Assembly (NCBI RefSeq): GCF_009914755.1
Contig: NC_060925.1
Reading direction: 5' to 3' (one strand)
Origin: the human T2T-CHM13v2.0 reference genome, Homo sapiens
Length of the DNA stretch: 64,000 nucleotides
This document shows positions 43,073 through 54,383 of the stretch, piece after piece; position 1 is the first letter of the stretch, and each line of letters starts with the position of its first letter. The notes under the pieces were generated by a model. The model was not told where the DNA came from and searched no databases. It was given only the letters and a program-made list of their open reading frames with translations. Position numbers and translations under genes: made by a program.

Positions 43073-44414
43073 GAGATAGAAGGCAGGCACTATGGGAGTT
43101 AATAACAGGAATCTCACACATGGGCATTTTATGTCAACTTGCAAGATAATATTAGTTCATCTACCCCAACCTTGTGTTAAAACAAAACAAAACAATGAAA
43201 CAACACAAAATGCCTCCATGAACTAGCATAGAAAATAAGGACTCGAGTCAGAGAATTCAGACCTCCAATTACTAACTAAAAGACCTTGGAGGAGTCACTC
43301 AACCTTTCAAACATTGTGTTTACTCATCTATTCAGTGGATATCTTAATTCCTTAGAGTCTTGTTGTGAATATTGAATGAAATATTGTAAAATGCCCATTT
43401 TACTATCTAATACATGTTTGGAGAATTAAGGAAGAAATAAAGCTAATATGTTTGGACCTCTCTCTGTTTGCCAAGAAGTAGGCTAAGGGCCTTGTATGAA
43501 CTCAATTAACTAATCCTCATAGCAGCCTGTGAGGCAGGGGTACCAGTTCCTCCACTTGGAGGCTTGCTGACATTATGTGACTTGCCCAAGGTCCCTAAAC
43601 TAGGGGCAGTGCTGAAATTCAGACTCCAGCTGCTCTGACTTTAGAAATGGAACTCTGAGCTGCCATGTTTTCGTGCCACTCCAAAACAGAACTGATATAG
43701 TCCTTAAAACAACTCCTTTGGCATTTGATCTCCATCTCTGGTATCACACTATACAAGGGTCGTGCGCCTGGGAATGACAAAAACGGCAGTCCTGGTTCCT
43801 CCACCAGGACTGTTGTGTGATTGGGGGCAAGCCTCTTCCCCTCTCTGCACTGAGGAGACATGATTCTACAGCTAGACATGAGACGGCACAGAAGGCTGTT
43901 GGAAACATCCACTGTGATATCCTAAATGAAGCAGCTGCAGAGTTAGGAGCAGAGGTGGGATTTGGCATCTCCTCATTCCCAGCCCCTGGTTAGGGGGTCT
44001 CTGGGGCAGGTTCACCCAGTCTGTCCTCTCCTTCAGCTCTATGTTCCAGGGCATGCTTCCCAGGAGAGGGGCATGGGTAGGAACCCCTGTGCCCTGTGGT
44101 GGCAGGAAGTAACATCTGCTTCCGGGGAGATGGGACTGCCCAGGAGGTTATCCCCTCCTGGGGGATAGATAGGTGATGGCTGTCTCCTTTTTCATTCCCA
44201 GTGCCTACTGTTATGGGGGAAAATTAGAACACAAATACACCAAAACAGTAACATGGGCTGGCCATGCAGATCACTTACTTAGCTGCTATGGGGAGAGAAG
44301 GTTTGCTCTTCCTGCTGGCATAGAACATCAAAAACAACCAGAGGGCCAGGAAATCAACTAGGTTAGAATAAGAGGAAACCTCAAACCAGAACCCTTCCTG
44401 GCAGTGCAGGGCAG

Positions 44415-44630
44415 AGGTTATTAAGAGTGTGGACTCAGAAGTCAGACTCTCTTGGGTTCCGGCCCTCGCTCTGCTACCCACTAACAGTGTGACCTTGAGC
44501 AGGTCATTTGTTGACTTAGTGTCCGTTTCCTAATTTGTAAACTGTGGATAATAATGATACCTGCCTTGTGAGTCTCTATGAGGAGCAAACACAAGTAAAG
44601 ACAAAGGTGTGCCACATGGTAAATATGTGG
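44415..44630 (+). mobile_element. MIR
   Basis: TTAAGAGTGTGGACTCAGAAGTCAGAC...GTGTGACCTTGAGCAGGTCA...TGTAAACTGTGGATAATAATG. Confidence 0.8.
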
Positions 44631-47239
44631 TAAACACATGTTCTTGTTCAAGCCTGAGCTAACCACTTTGAGGGACTTGGTCTCCTCCTCCTTCATCTAA
44701 TCCAGTTCTTCAAACTTTACTGAGCAGTTGCCAGCTGCTGGGTAGAGTTTTGAGCATCAGGTATACAGGCATACATAAGACATAATACTTGGCTCAACAT
44801 ATTTAGCCTCAAATTTCTAAAATCCTTTTTGACCTTACCACCCACATACAAATAACAATAATGATGACGATAATGCACACCACATGCCATTTACTAGACA
44901 ATAATTACATGGAGGCTCAGTGCTGGACACTATATATCCATTATTGCTGACATTCATAACAAGCCTTTGGGATATGTACTAATATTCCCATTGATGAAGG
45001 AAACTGAAGCTGGAGGAGTGAAGGTGATTAAGTTACCTGCCAAAGGTTCTGCAGCTGATGGACTGGAATCCCAGCTCCTTCAGATTCTAACAAGGCCTTC
45101 TCCTCCCCAAGCTGCCTCCTTCCAGTCTCAAAGCCTCACAGGCAGGCTGGCATTTCTGAATTTAATTCCCACAGCCACTCTGAGAGGCAGAGACTTTTAT
45201 CATCAGATTCGTTTTCCCAACAACAGAAGTAAGAGCAGGTTAAGCAGTTTGCCAACTGTAGCTCAGCTAGTGAGCTGTAATGACTCTGTGTGTCTTAAGA
45301 TCAAATAGAAGGCAACTCTGAGGCTGCCGCTTGGTGAGAAGCCTTCTGCAGAGGCAAAAAATATGTGCAAACAAAACCAACAGCTTTCTTTATGTTCCCC
45401 AAAGTTGCTAAAAATGCCTGCGGGTTTGCACACAAGCAGACGTGCTCACAATGCTGGGTGGCTTCTGTCTTCTTGGCTCCAGCACGAAGAGACCTGGCAG
45501 GTATTTCTCACATCTTTGTTAAACACACACATCAGACAAGGAAAGGAGTTCCAAGGTAGTCCCAGGGTGTGGATTTCTGCCAAGTTTCCTTTTATTTGTT
45601 GTTAACTTAGAGAGAGAGAAAGAGAGACAGAAGACACCTCATGGATAAGCCCACAATCCCTGAGGTAACCGCAGTGAAAAATGTCTTCCCTCTACTTGGA
45701 ATCAGTCATCCCTCATCCTGATTGGGGGGTCTTTTACCTGTAAGCTCTGTGACCTTGTCCAGGTTGCTTAGCCTCCCAGAGCTAACCTCTGTCTGCCCAT
45801 CTGTAAAATAGACATGGTGATCCCTCCTGTAGGAATGTAAGCTCCACAAAGGCAGGCATAGTTGTCTGTTCTGTTTGCACCTGCATTCCAGTGCCTATAA
45901 CAGTGCCTGACACAGCGTCAGTGAATGAGTTAATGAACGAATGAATAAATGAGTTGCTATTTTTGAAGAGTTGTTGTGAAATAAGATCATGAATGGGAAA
46001 TTGCTTTGCAAACTGCAAATTGCTATACAAATATGAGGATTTATTATTATCACAGAACATGGTCTGAGTTCTATTAAATAAATTTATCCAGTCAATCAGT
46101 CAGTGAGTGCTTCCTGAGCTTCCTCTTGGGTCTGGCACTGGGATACAGAGAAAGAAGGGGCCTGGTTCCTTCCTTCAAGGGCTCACAGTCCAGTAGGAGG
46201 ATATACAAGTGAATCAGGCACTGAAACACAATATAGGTAAGTACAGGGTGCTAAGGGGGCAGACAGAAGGGACTGAGTTCCCACACTAGAAAGGAGTGGG
46301 TCAGGGAACTTTCTGGAAGAGGCGTTCTGGGCCCCACTCTGCCCAAGGGCAGAAGCTGAGGGGAGACTTTGGAGACTTCCTCCCAGGTTGACTCACCAGG
46401 CACATGGCAGGGTGAGGCTAGAGATGGAAAGGTGACTGAGAGTCAGAGAGGGCCTGGAGGGCCGAGGTACTTATCAGGAAGGGCCTCGTAGTGGAGGAGA
46501 AGGCATTTAGGGGGACATGCTGGAAGAGCATGGCTGGGCTTGTGGGCAGGGCAGTTCCCCTGGGGGATGATTGGAGGCCATACCCTGTAAAGCCAAAGTC
46601 CCCACGTGTGGCTTGCCTTAGAAGGCACTGAGGAGGACCATGGCTTCTGGAAGAAGATGACATATTCAGCCCAGGGCAGCCTCAGCTGCGACAGAACTCT
46701 TCAGTGTGTTCTTTTCTCTTTTCATTTGTTCATTCATCTGACAAATACCATGAGAGGCTGTGGAAGCCTGTCCACTGGGCACCAACGGGAAAGCACCCAT
46801 GAGAAGAGGCAACTTCTTCCCTCACAACCTATAGAGGAAGACAAAGCCAACAGAAAATTCATCCCCTTACCAAACGTTGCCTGAGTGCTGACTATGTGCA
46901 GCTGGTGGGGCCTTAAATAAACCTGTCCAACCCCCTTGCCCCAGTACACACACACTGTCATGGCACTCAGATTCCAGAGAGGGCTGGCAGGCAGGTAAGT
47001 GAGGGAAACACTCAGGGTGTCAGGATGGGGGAAGAGCCAGGAGAAAAAGAAAGTGGAAGAGGGGAGAGAGGGTTGGAGGGTGAGGGCGTGCACACTGAAG
47101 TGGGTGGGAAGATGCCCAGAGTGAAAACAGGAGTGGAGCTGGGGAACCTGTGCATGGCCTCCTCTGATGGGGGAGCAGCGGCCTCCTTTCTGAAGCAGCA
47201 AGGAGGCAGCGTGGGGGTGCAGAAGTGGAGGCAGTATGA

Positions 47240-47738
47240 AAACAGGAATCTGTGTGGTGCAGAGAAAGGGAAAGTAGATCATCCAGGACCTTATGGGTCA
47301 TTGTGGTGACTCTAGCTTATATTATGGTTGTGATGGGAGCCTTTGGAGGGTTCAAACACAGGAGTGACTTGGTGTGACTCCTGCTTTAACAGGATTTTTC
47401 TGGGGACTGTGTCAATAACAGAGTGCAGAGGAACAAGGATGGAAGCAGGGCGACCTGTTGTGAAGATGTAGGGACAACCCAGATGAGGGTTATGGTGCTC
47501 AGACCAGGTGGCAGAGATGGTAAGAAGTGGGCAGACCCTGAACATTTTTTGAAGGAAGAACAGACTATATTTTCTGACATTGAAAAGGCGGTGTAAAAAA
47601 GAGAGAAGAGTTAAGAATACCTCTAAAGGTTCTGTACCTGAGCAAATGGAAAGTTTGACAGGCCATTAACTGAGATGGGAGACAGCAAGAGAGGAAATTT
47701 GGAGGTGTTGGGGGAGATAGAAGGCAGGAAATTGATTT
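47240..47738 (-). mobile_element. L2 (left part of an element continuing at 50752)
   Basis: GGGAGCCTTTGGAGGGTT...CAGGAGTGAC...CTGAGCAAATGGAAAG...CCATTAACTGAGATGGG, antisense L2. Confidence 0.75.
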
Positions 47739-47789
47739 AAAAAAATTACTTCTTAAATTTTCTGTGGTTGAAGGAAACCTATTTTAAAT

Positions 47790-48280
47790 ATAAGGATATA
47801 GATAGATTATAGGGACATTCTATAATGATAAAAGGGTCAATTTACCAAGAAGATAAACACTCAAATATACTATGCAACTAACAAAGATCCAAAATAAATG
47901 AACCAAAAACTGAAAGAACTAAAAGGAGATATGGAAAAATTCAGTTATAATTAGGAAACTTCAAAATCTTCTTTCACAATAATTGATAAACACATAGATG
48001 GAAAATCAGCAAAGATATATAAAACCTGAATAACACTGTCAACTGATTTAATCTAATGGACATTTGTAGAACACGCCACCCATGAACAACAGAATACACA
48101 TTCTTTTCAAGTGCCCACAGAGCATATACCCAGATAGATCATATTCTGGGTCATAAAATAAACTTACAATTTTTAATAAATTAAAGTCCCACAAAGCATG
48201 TTCTCTGGTTATACCAAAATTAAACAAGAAATCGATAATAGGAACTTCTTAAATATTTAGAAATTGTTAACATACTTTTA
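47790..48280 (+). mobile_element. Old L1M ORF2 endonuclease-region fragment
   Basis: ATGATAAAAGGGTCAATTTACCAAGAAG (MIKGSI.QE), CAGAATACACATTCTTTTCAAGTGC, ATAGATCATATTCTGGG. Confidence 0.85.
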
Positions 48281-48282
48281 AA

Positions 48283-50740
48283 TTTTTTTATAATTTTTAT
48301 TTTTTTAAAATAATTTCAACTTTTATTTTAGATTCAGGGAGTACCTGTGCAGGTTTGTTTCCTGGGTATGTTGCATGACGCTGAGGTTTGGGGCATGATT
48401 GATCCTGTCACCTAGGTACTGAGCATAGTACCCAGTAGTTAGTTTTTTAACTCTTCCTCTCCTCCTTCCTCCCTCATCTAGCAGTCCCCAGTGTCTATTG
48501 TTTTCACCTTTGTGTCCATGAGTACCCCATGTTTAACTCCCACTTATAAGTGAGAAAATGTGGTGTATTAGTCCATTTTCACGCTGCTATAAAGATACTA
48601 CCTGAGACTGGGTAATTTATGAACAAAGGAGGTTTAATTGACTCCCAGTTCAGCATGGCTGGGAAGGACTAAGGAAACTTACAATCATGGTGGAAGGGAA
48701 AACAGGCATGTATTACATGGCAGCAGGAGAGAGAAGTTCAAGAGACAGCAGGAAAAACTGCCTTATAAAACCATCAGATGTTGTGAGAACTCACTCACTA
48801 TTATGAGAACAACATGGGGGAAACTACCCCTATGATCCAATCACGCCCCACCAAGTCTCTCCCTCAACAAGTGGGGATTACGGAGGTTATAATTCAAGAT
48901 GGGATTTAGGAGGGGGAAAGAGCCAAACCACATCAAGTGGTGTTTGGTTTTCTTTTTCTGTGTTGATTCACTTAAGATAATGACCTCCGGCTGCATCCTT
49001 GTTTCTGCAAAGGACATAATTTTATACTTTTCATGGCCATGTAGTATTCCATGGCATACGTGTACCACATTTTCTTTATCCAATCCACCATTGATGGGCA
49101 CCTAGGTTGATTCCATGTCTTTGCTATTGTAAATAGTTCTTTAATAAGCATACAAGTGCAGGCATCTTTTTGGTAGAATGATTTATTTATTTTTGTATAT
49201 ACACCCAGTAATGGGATTGCTGGGTCAAATTGTAGTTCTGTTTTAAGTTCTTTGAGAAATCTCCAAACTGCTTTATACAGTGGCTGCACTAATTTACATT
49301 CCCACTAACAGTGTATAAACATTCCCTTTTCTCTGTCGCCTCACCAGCATCTGTTGTCTTTTGACTTCTTAATAATTAGCCATTCTGACTGGTGTGAGAT
49401 GGTATTTCATTGTGGTTTTGATGTGCATTTCTCTGATGATTAGTGATTTTGAGAACTTTTTCATGTTTGTTGCCTGCTTATATGTCTTCTTTTGAGAAAT
49501 GTCTGTTCATGTCTCTTGTCCATTTTTTAATCAAGTTATTTGTCTTTGCTTGTTTAGTTGTTTAAGTTCCTTATAGATTCTGGATATTAGACCTTTGTCG
49601 GATGTATGGTCTATGAATAATTTCTCCCAGGAAACATACCCAGGAAACAAACCTGTAGGTTGTCTGTTTACTCTGTTGGTAGTTTCTTTTTCTGTGTAGA
49701 AGCTCTTTATTTAATTAGGTCCCACTTGTCAAATTTTGTTTTTGTAGCAATCGATTTTGAAGACTTATAAAGTCTTTCCCAAGGCCGATATCCAGAATGA
49801 TGTTTCCTAGGTTTTCTTCTAGGATTTGTATAGTTTGAGGTCTTACATTTAATCTTTAATCCATTTTGAGTTAATTTTTGTATATGATGAAAGGTAGGCA
49901 CCCAATTTCATTCTTCCGCATATGACTAGTCAGCTATCCCAGCAGCATTTACTGAATAGGGAGTCTTTCCCTCAAGGCTTACTTCTGTCAACTTCATTGA
50001 AGATCGGATTATTATAGGTGTGCAGTTTTATTTCTGGGTTCTCTATTCTGTTTCATTGATTTATGTGTCTATTTTTGTATCAGTATCATGCTGTTTTGGC
50101 TACTGTAGCCTTAAAGTATAGTTTGAAGTTGGATTATGTGATGCCTCTGGCTTTGTTCTTTTGCTTAAGATTGCTTTGGCTATTCAGGCTCTTTTTTGTT
50201 TCCATATGAATTTTAAAATAGTTTTAGAATAGTTTTCTCTAGCTCTGTGAAAAACGGTCTTGGTAGTTTGATAGGAATAATGTTGAATCTGTAGATTGCT
50301 TTGGGCAGTATGGCCATGTTAACCATATAGATTCTTCAATCCATGAGCATGGAAGATTTTTTCATTTGTGTCATCTATGATTTTTTCAGCAGTGTTTTAT
50401 AGTTCTCCTTGTAGAGATCTTTCACTTCCTCAGTTAGATGTATTCCTAGATGTGTGTGTGTGTGTGGCTATTGTAAGTGGGATTGTATTCTTAATTTGGC
50501 TCTCAGCTCAAACATTATTGGTGTATAGAAATGCTAGTAATTTTTGTACATTGATTTTGTATCCTGAAACTTTACCAAAGTCATTTATCACTTCCAGGAG
50601 CCTTTTGGTAGAGTCTCTTTAGGGTTTTCTAGGTATAGAATCAAATCATCAGTGAAGAGAGATAGTTTGACTTATTATTTTCCTATTTGGATGCCTTTTA
50701 TTTCTATCTCTTGCCTGATTGCTCTGGCTAGGACTTCCAG
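48283..50740 (-). mobile_element. 5'-truncated L1PA15/16-like element interrupted by a THE1 LTR
   Basis: T-rich tail and 3' UTR, plus ORF2 C-terminal remnant (ORF 48972-49289: AVWRFLKELKTELQFDPAIPLLG...TWNQPRCPS..DWIKKMWY). Confidence 0.92.
48564..48935 (-). mobile_element. THE1C/D (ERVL-MaLR) solo LTR
   Basis: TGTATTAGTCC...CTGAGACTGGGTAATTTAT...GCCAAACCACATCA; 5-bp TSD (T/A)GTGG. Confidence 0.9.
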
Positions 50741-50751
50741 GAAATTGATTT

Positions 50752-51560
50752 CTTTTTTAACTTATTAAAAGCAAAATGCCTAAAGACGGCCACATGGAGG
50801 TGTTGAGCAGATAGGGGAGATGCTGGACATTTGGATGTCCACAGTGTACAGATGGTATTTAAAGCCAGGATCCTGGATGAGATCACAGGAGCATGAAGGT
50901 AGATACGGAAGAGAAGAGGCAGGGACCAAGCTCCAGGGCCTCCAGCATAAGTGTTTGGGAAGATGAGGAGGAACATTCCAAGGAGACAAAGGAAAAGCCA
51001 ACGAGATAGGAGGGGAACTAAGAAACTGTTCTTGAAAGCCAAATGCAAAAAGAGTGTCATGGAGGAGGAAGTGAACAGTTATTTCAAATGCTGCTGCCTC
51101 ATTTGTTAAGATCCAGACTGAGACTTGACCACTGGATTTATGGTGAGTTGTCACTGTTCACTTTAACTAGAGCAGTTTGGAATAGGGTGGGGGCAAGAGC
51201 CTGACCAGGGTAAATCCAATAGCAGAGGGGAGAAGAGAATTTGAAGGTATGGCCTATATTCAACTCTTTTGAGGAGTTTTGCTATACAAGAGCAAAGAGA
51301 GTTGGAGGAGGATGTGGGCTCAAAAGAAGAGTGTGCATGTGTGTGTGTGTGTGTGTGTATTTTTGTGTGTATAGGAGAAATAACAGTATTTTTTTTTGTG
51401 CTACTAAGAATTATGAAGTCTTAGAGGCAAACATTGATGATACCAGAGAGAAAGGAGAGAATTTCTGGAGTAATGGCCCTGGGAAGATGAGCAAGCATGG
51501 GACCTGGCACACAGTAGGGAAGTAGGTATTTGCTGGGACCACAGACATGCATTCATAATA
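50752..51560 (-). mobile_element. L2 (continuation of 47240-47738)
   Basis: AGATGGTATTTAAAGCCAGG...GGATGAGATCAC...GAAAGCCAA...TCAAATGCTGCTG...CCACTGGATTT...CTCTTTTGAGGAGTTTTGCT. Confidence 0.8.
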
Positions 51561-53055
51561 GAGATCACAATGGAGGGGCCTAAGAGATAAGGAGGATATT
51601 GTCAGTGCCCAGCACAGAGTCATAGAAACCCACACTTCCACAGCACAATGTGCCAGATACTGCCCTTAGCCATTTACATATATTAACTCCAAATTCTCAG
51701 AACAACCGTGTGAAGTAGACACTGTTACTGTGTCCATTTTACATAGAGAGCACTGAGGCATAGTGATATCAAGAATTTTGCCCAAATTTTCACACAAGCA
51801 GTAAATAGCATAGCCAACCACCGCTCACATGGATTGGTATGACCAGAGAAAAGACTGGTGAGTGAGTGGGTGGAAGAGGAGCTACGTGGTTTTGGGGAGC
51901 GCAGGGCTGGTGTGCACTAACAGATGCCTCCTTCTGGGACAACTGTGCATTTGCAAAGCACTTTTTTAGTCACTTCTTTTTGAGTTAGGAGCTAGGGTAG
52001 GCAGAGGATGGGGCTGTGCCGAGTTCTCAGCTTGGGCCTTGATGAAGTCTGGAGGGGTTCCTTCCCCCGCTGTCATAAATCTTCCACTGGTTTCCCCAAG
52101 GGATTTTCAAGAGAGTTCCTTTCTCTTTAGAGACATCCCTGGGATTCTGAGCACCTGGAAGGTCACAGTCCCCAGTATTCCTGGGTAAAGGAAGGGAGGG
52201 AGAAATAAATTATGTCATTGACCTGGTTCTGACACTAGCTGGCTGAGAGACCTTGGCCAAGACATTTCCCTCTTCTGAGCCTGAGCTCTAAAATGCAAGA
52301 GATGCTAGAATGATATCTCACTTTATAGACTCACATGTTCTGTCAGTATACACTTAGTGAGTGCCACTGTATACCAGGCATAGTACAGGGCACTAGAGAT
52401 ATGACAATGAGCACAAAGGACATAGTCCCTGACTTTGTGTAGACTGCAGTCTATGCGAGGGGGATGGGAGGAAAAACTGATGACCATACAATTATTAACC
52501 ATGATACAAGCTTTGAAGGAACATTCTGGGGTGCTGGAGAGTATCATTTCCTGAACACTTTTGGAATTTTTGTGAAATATGACTATGACTAAGGTTTGAC
52601 TCCAAAACAAACTGTCTTGGTTGATTGTTCATTCATTCATTTATTTACTTAAAAAAATTTTAATGAACCCCTTCATATTGTCTACCGTTTAAAGCAATAG
52701 CTTTGCATTTTGTGTTCCCCAAGGAAAGTATAAATCAAAGCTGACAGAAATATAACATGAAATGGGGCTGGGAGCCAGTTTATTTATTCAACCAAGCTCA
52801 AGAGATGTTTGATACACCCTACTATGTGCCAGATACTATAGACACAGGTGTGTAAGGGCAAGAACACAGTGGTCTCTTTCCTCAGTAATTTCTCTGGAGT
52901 CTCATAGGGTTGAAGTGGTGGGGAGGTGCGCTGGACCAAGGTGACACTAAGGTTTGAATATGGGCCTCACCATACAAAAGTAGGAGACCTAAGGAGGGTT
53001 TTGGAATATTCTGTAGGCTCAGTTTCCTCATCTGTGATAGAACACATAGGAACAT

Positions 53056-53356
53056 TTCTTTTTTTTTTTTTTGATACAGAGTCTCACTCTGTCACCCAGG
53101 CTGAAGTACAGTGGCGTGATCTCGGCTCACTGCAACCTCCACCTCTCAGGTCAAGCAATTCTACTGCCCCAGCTTCCTGAGTAGCTGGGACCACAGGCAA
53201 CCACCACCACACCTGCTAATTTTTTGTGTGTTTTTAGTAGAGACAGGGTTTTGCCATGTCGGCCAGGCTGCTTTTGAACTCCTGACCTCAGGTGATTCCC
53301 CCACCTAGGCCTCCCAAAGTGCTGGGATTACAGGCGCGAGCCACCATGCCTGGCCT
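53056..53356 (-). mobile_element. AluSx
   Basis: Reverse Alu with CTGACCTCAGGTGAT; near-identical flanks ending AACATTTC. Confidence 0.94.
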
Positions 53357-53717
53357 AAAACATGAGAACATTTCTGAGTGCCATTCTACACACTGTGCTA
53401 AGCACTGCACATGCATTACCTCCTTTGATCCATGTAACAATCACGTGAGGTAGGTTCTTTCTTCTCTCCATTTAATTGACGCAGAAACCGAAGCTCAGAA
53501 ATGACAAGTGCCACTGGCATTGCAATCCTGCAGAGGGCTCTCCTTCATTCTCCAAACTCCGAGGATAGTCACCTGACAGGAACCTTAGAACCATTGGACA
53601 GGGTGGTCTCTAAACCCTTCTGGCTGCTCATCTCTCTCAGTAAATATATGAAACATGTCCTCATCAATCATATTTATTTAGAAACATATATGTGTTCTGC
53701 CAATAATTTGTATAGCA

Positions 53718-54000
53718 GGCCGGGTACGGCGGCTCATGCCTGTAATCCCAGCACTTTGGGAAGCAGAGGTGGGTGAATCGCTGGAGTCCAGGAGTTCAAG
53801 ACCAGCCTGGGCAATATAGCAAAACCCTGTCTCTAAAAAAATTAACCAGGCGTGGTGGTGCATGACTGTAGGTTCATATGCTGTGAAGGCTGATGTGGGA
53901 GAATCACTTGAGCCCTGGGAGGTTGAGGCTGCAGTCAGCTGAGATTGTGCCACTGCATTCCAGTCTGGGTGACAAAGCTAGACCCTGCCTCAAAAAACAA
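53718..54000 (+). mobile_element. AluJ
   Basis: AGCCTGGGCAATATAGCAAAACCC, GGTTGAGGCTGCAGT; TSD AATTT(G/A)TATAGCA. Confidence 0.93.
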
Positions 54001-54245
54001 AATTTATATAGCAAATACTATATTTTTGTTATACTTTGTTTTAATACTAAAGGTTAATTTCTTATCTTGGATAAAATGAAATATACATAGATAAGATTAA
54101 GAATACAAATATAAATAAAATTACTACCTATCCCCTGATGTGTCATGGAGCACTTGGAGATCACTCACCCAGACTATTTTACAGAGGAGGACACAGAAGC
54201 CCAGAGAGTCCAAGCAACTTGTCCAAGTTGCTCATTTGGGATAGG

Positions 54246-54383
54246 CCAGTGGGGAGGTTTGTCCTCCAGACAATGTAGGGCAATGTCTAGAGACATTTAT
54301 GTATGGGAAGGTGAGAGTGCTGCTGGCATCTACTGAGTAGAGGCCAGGGATGCTGCTAAACATCTTATAATATACAGGACGGG
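54246..54383. mobile_element. MER20, first part (split by THE1A)
   Basis: GGCAATGTCTAGAGACATTT...CTGGCATCTACTGAGTAGAGGCCAGGGATGCTGCTAAACATC. Confidence 0.85.
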
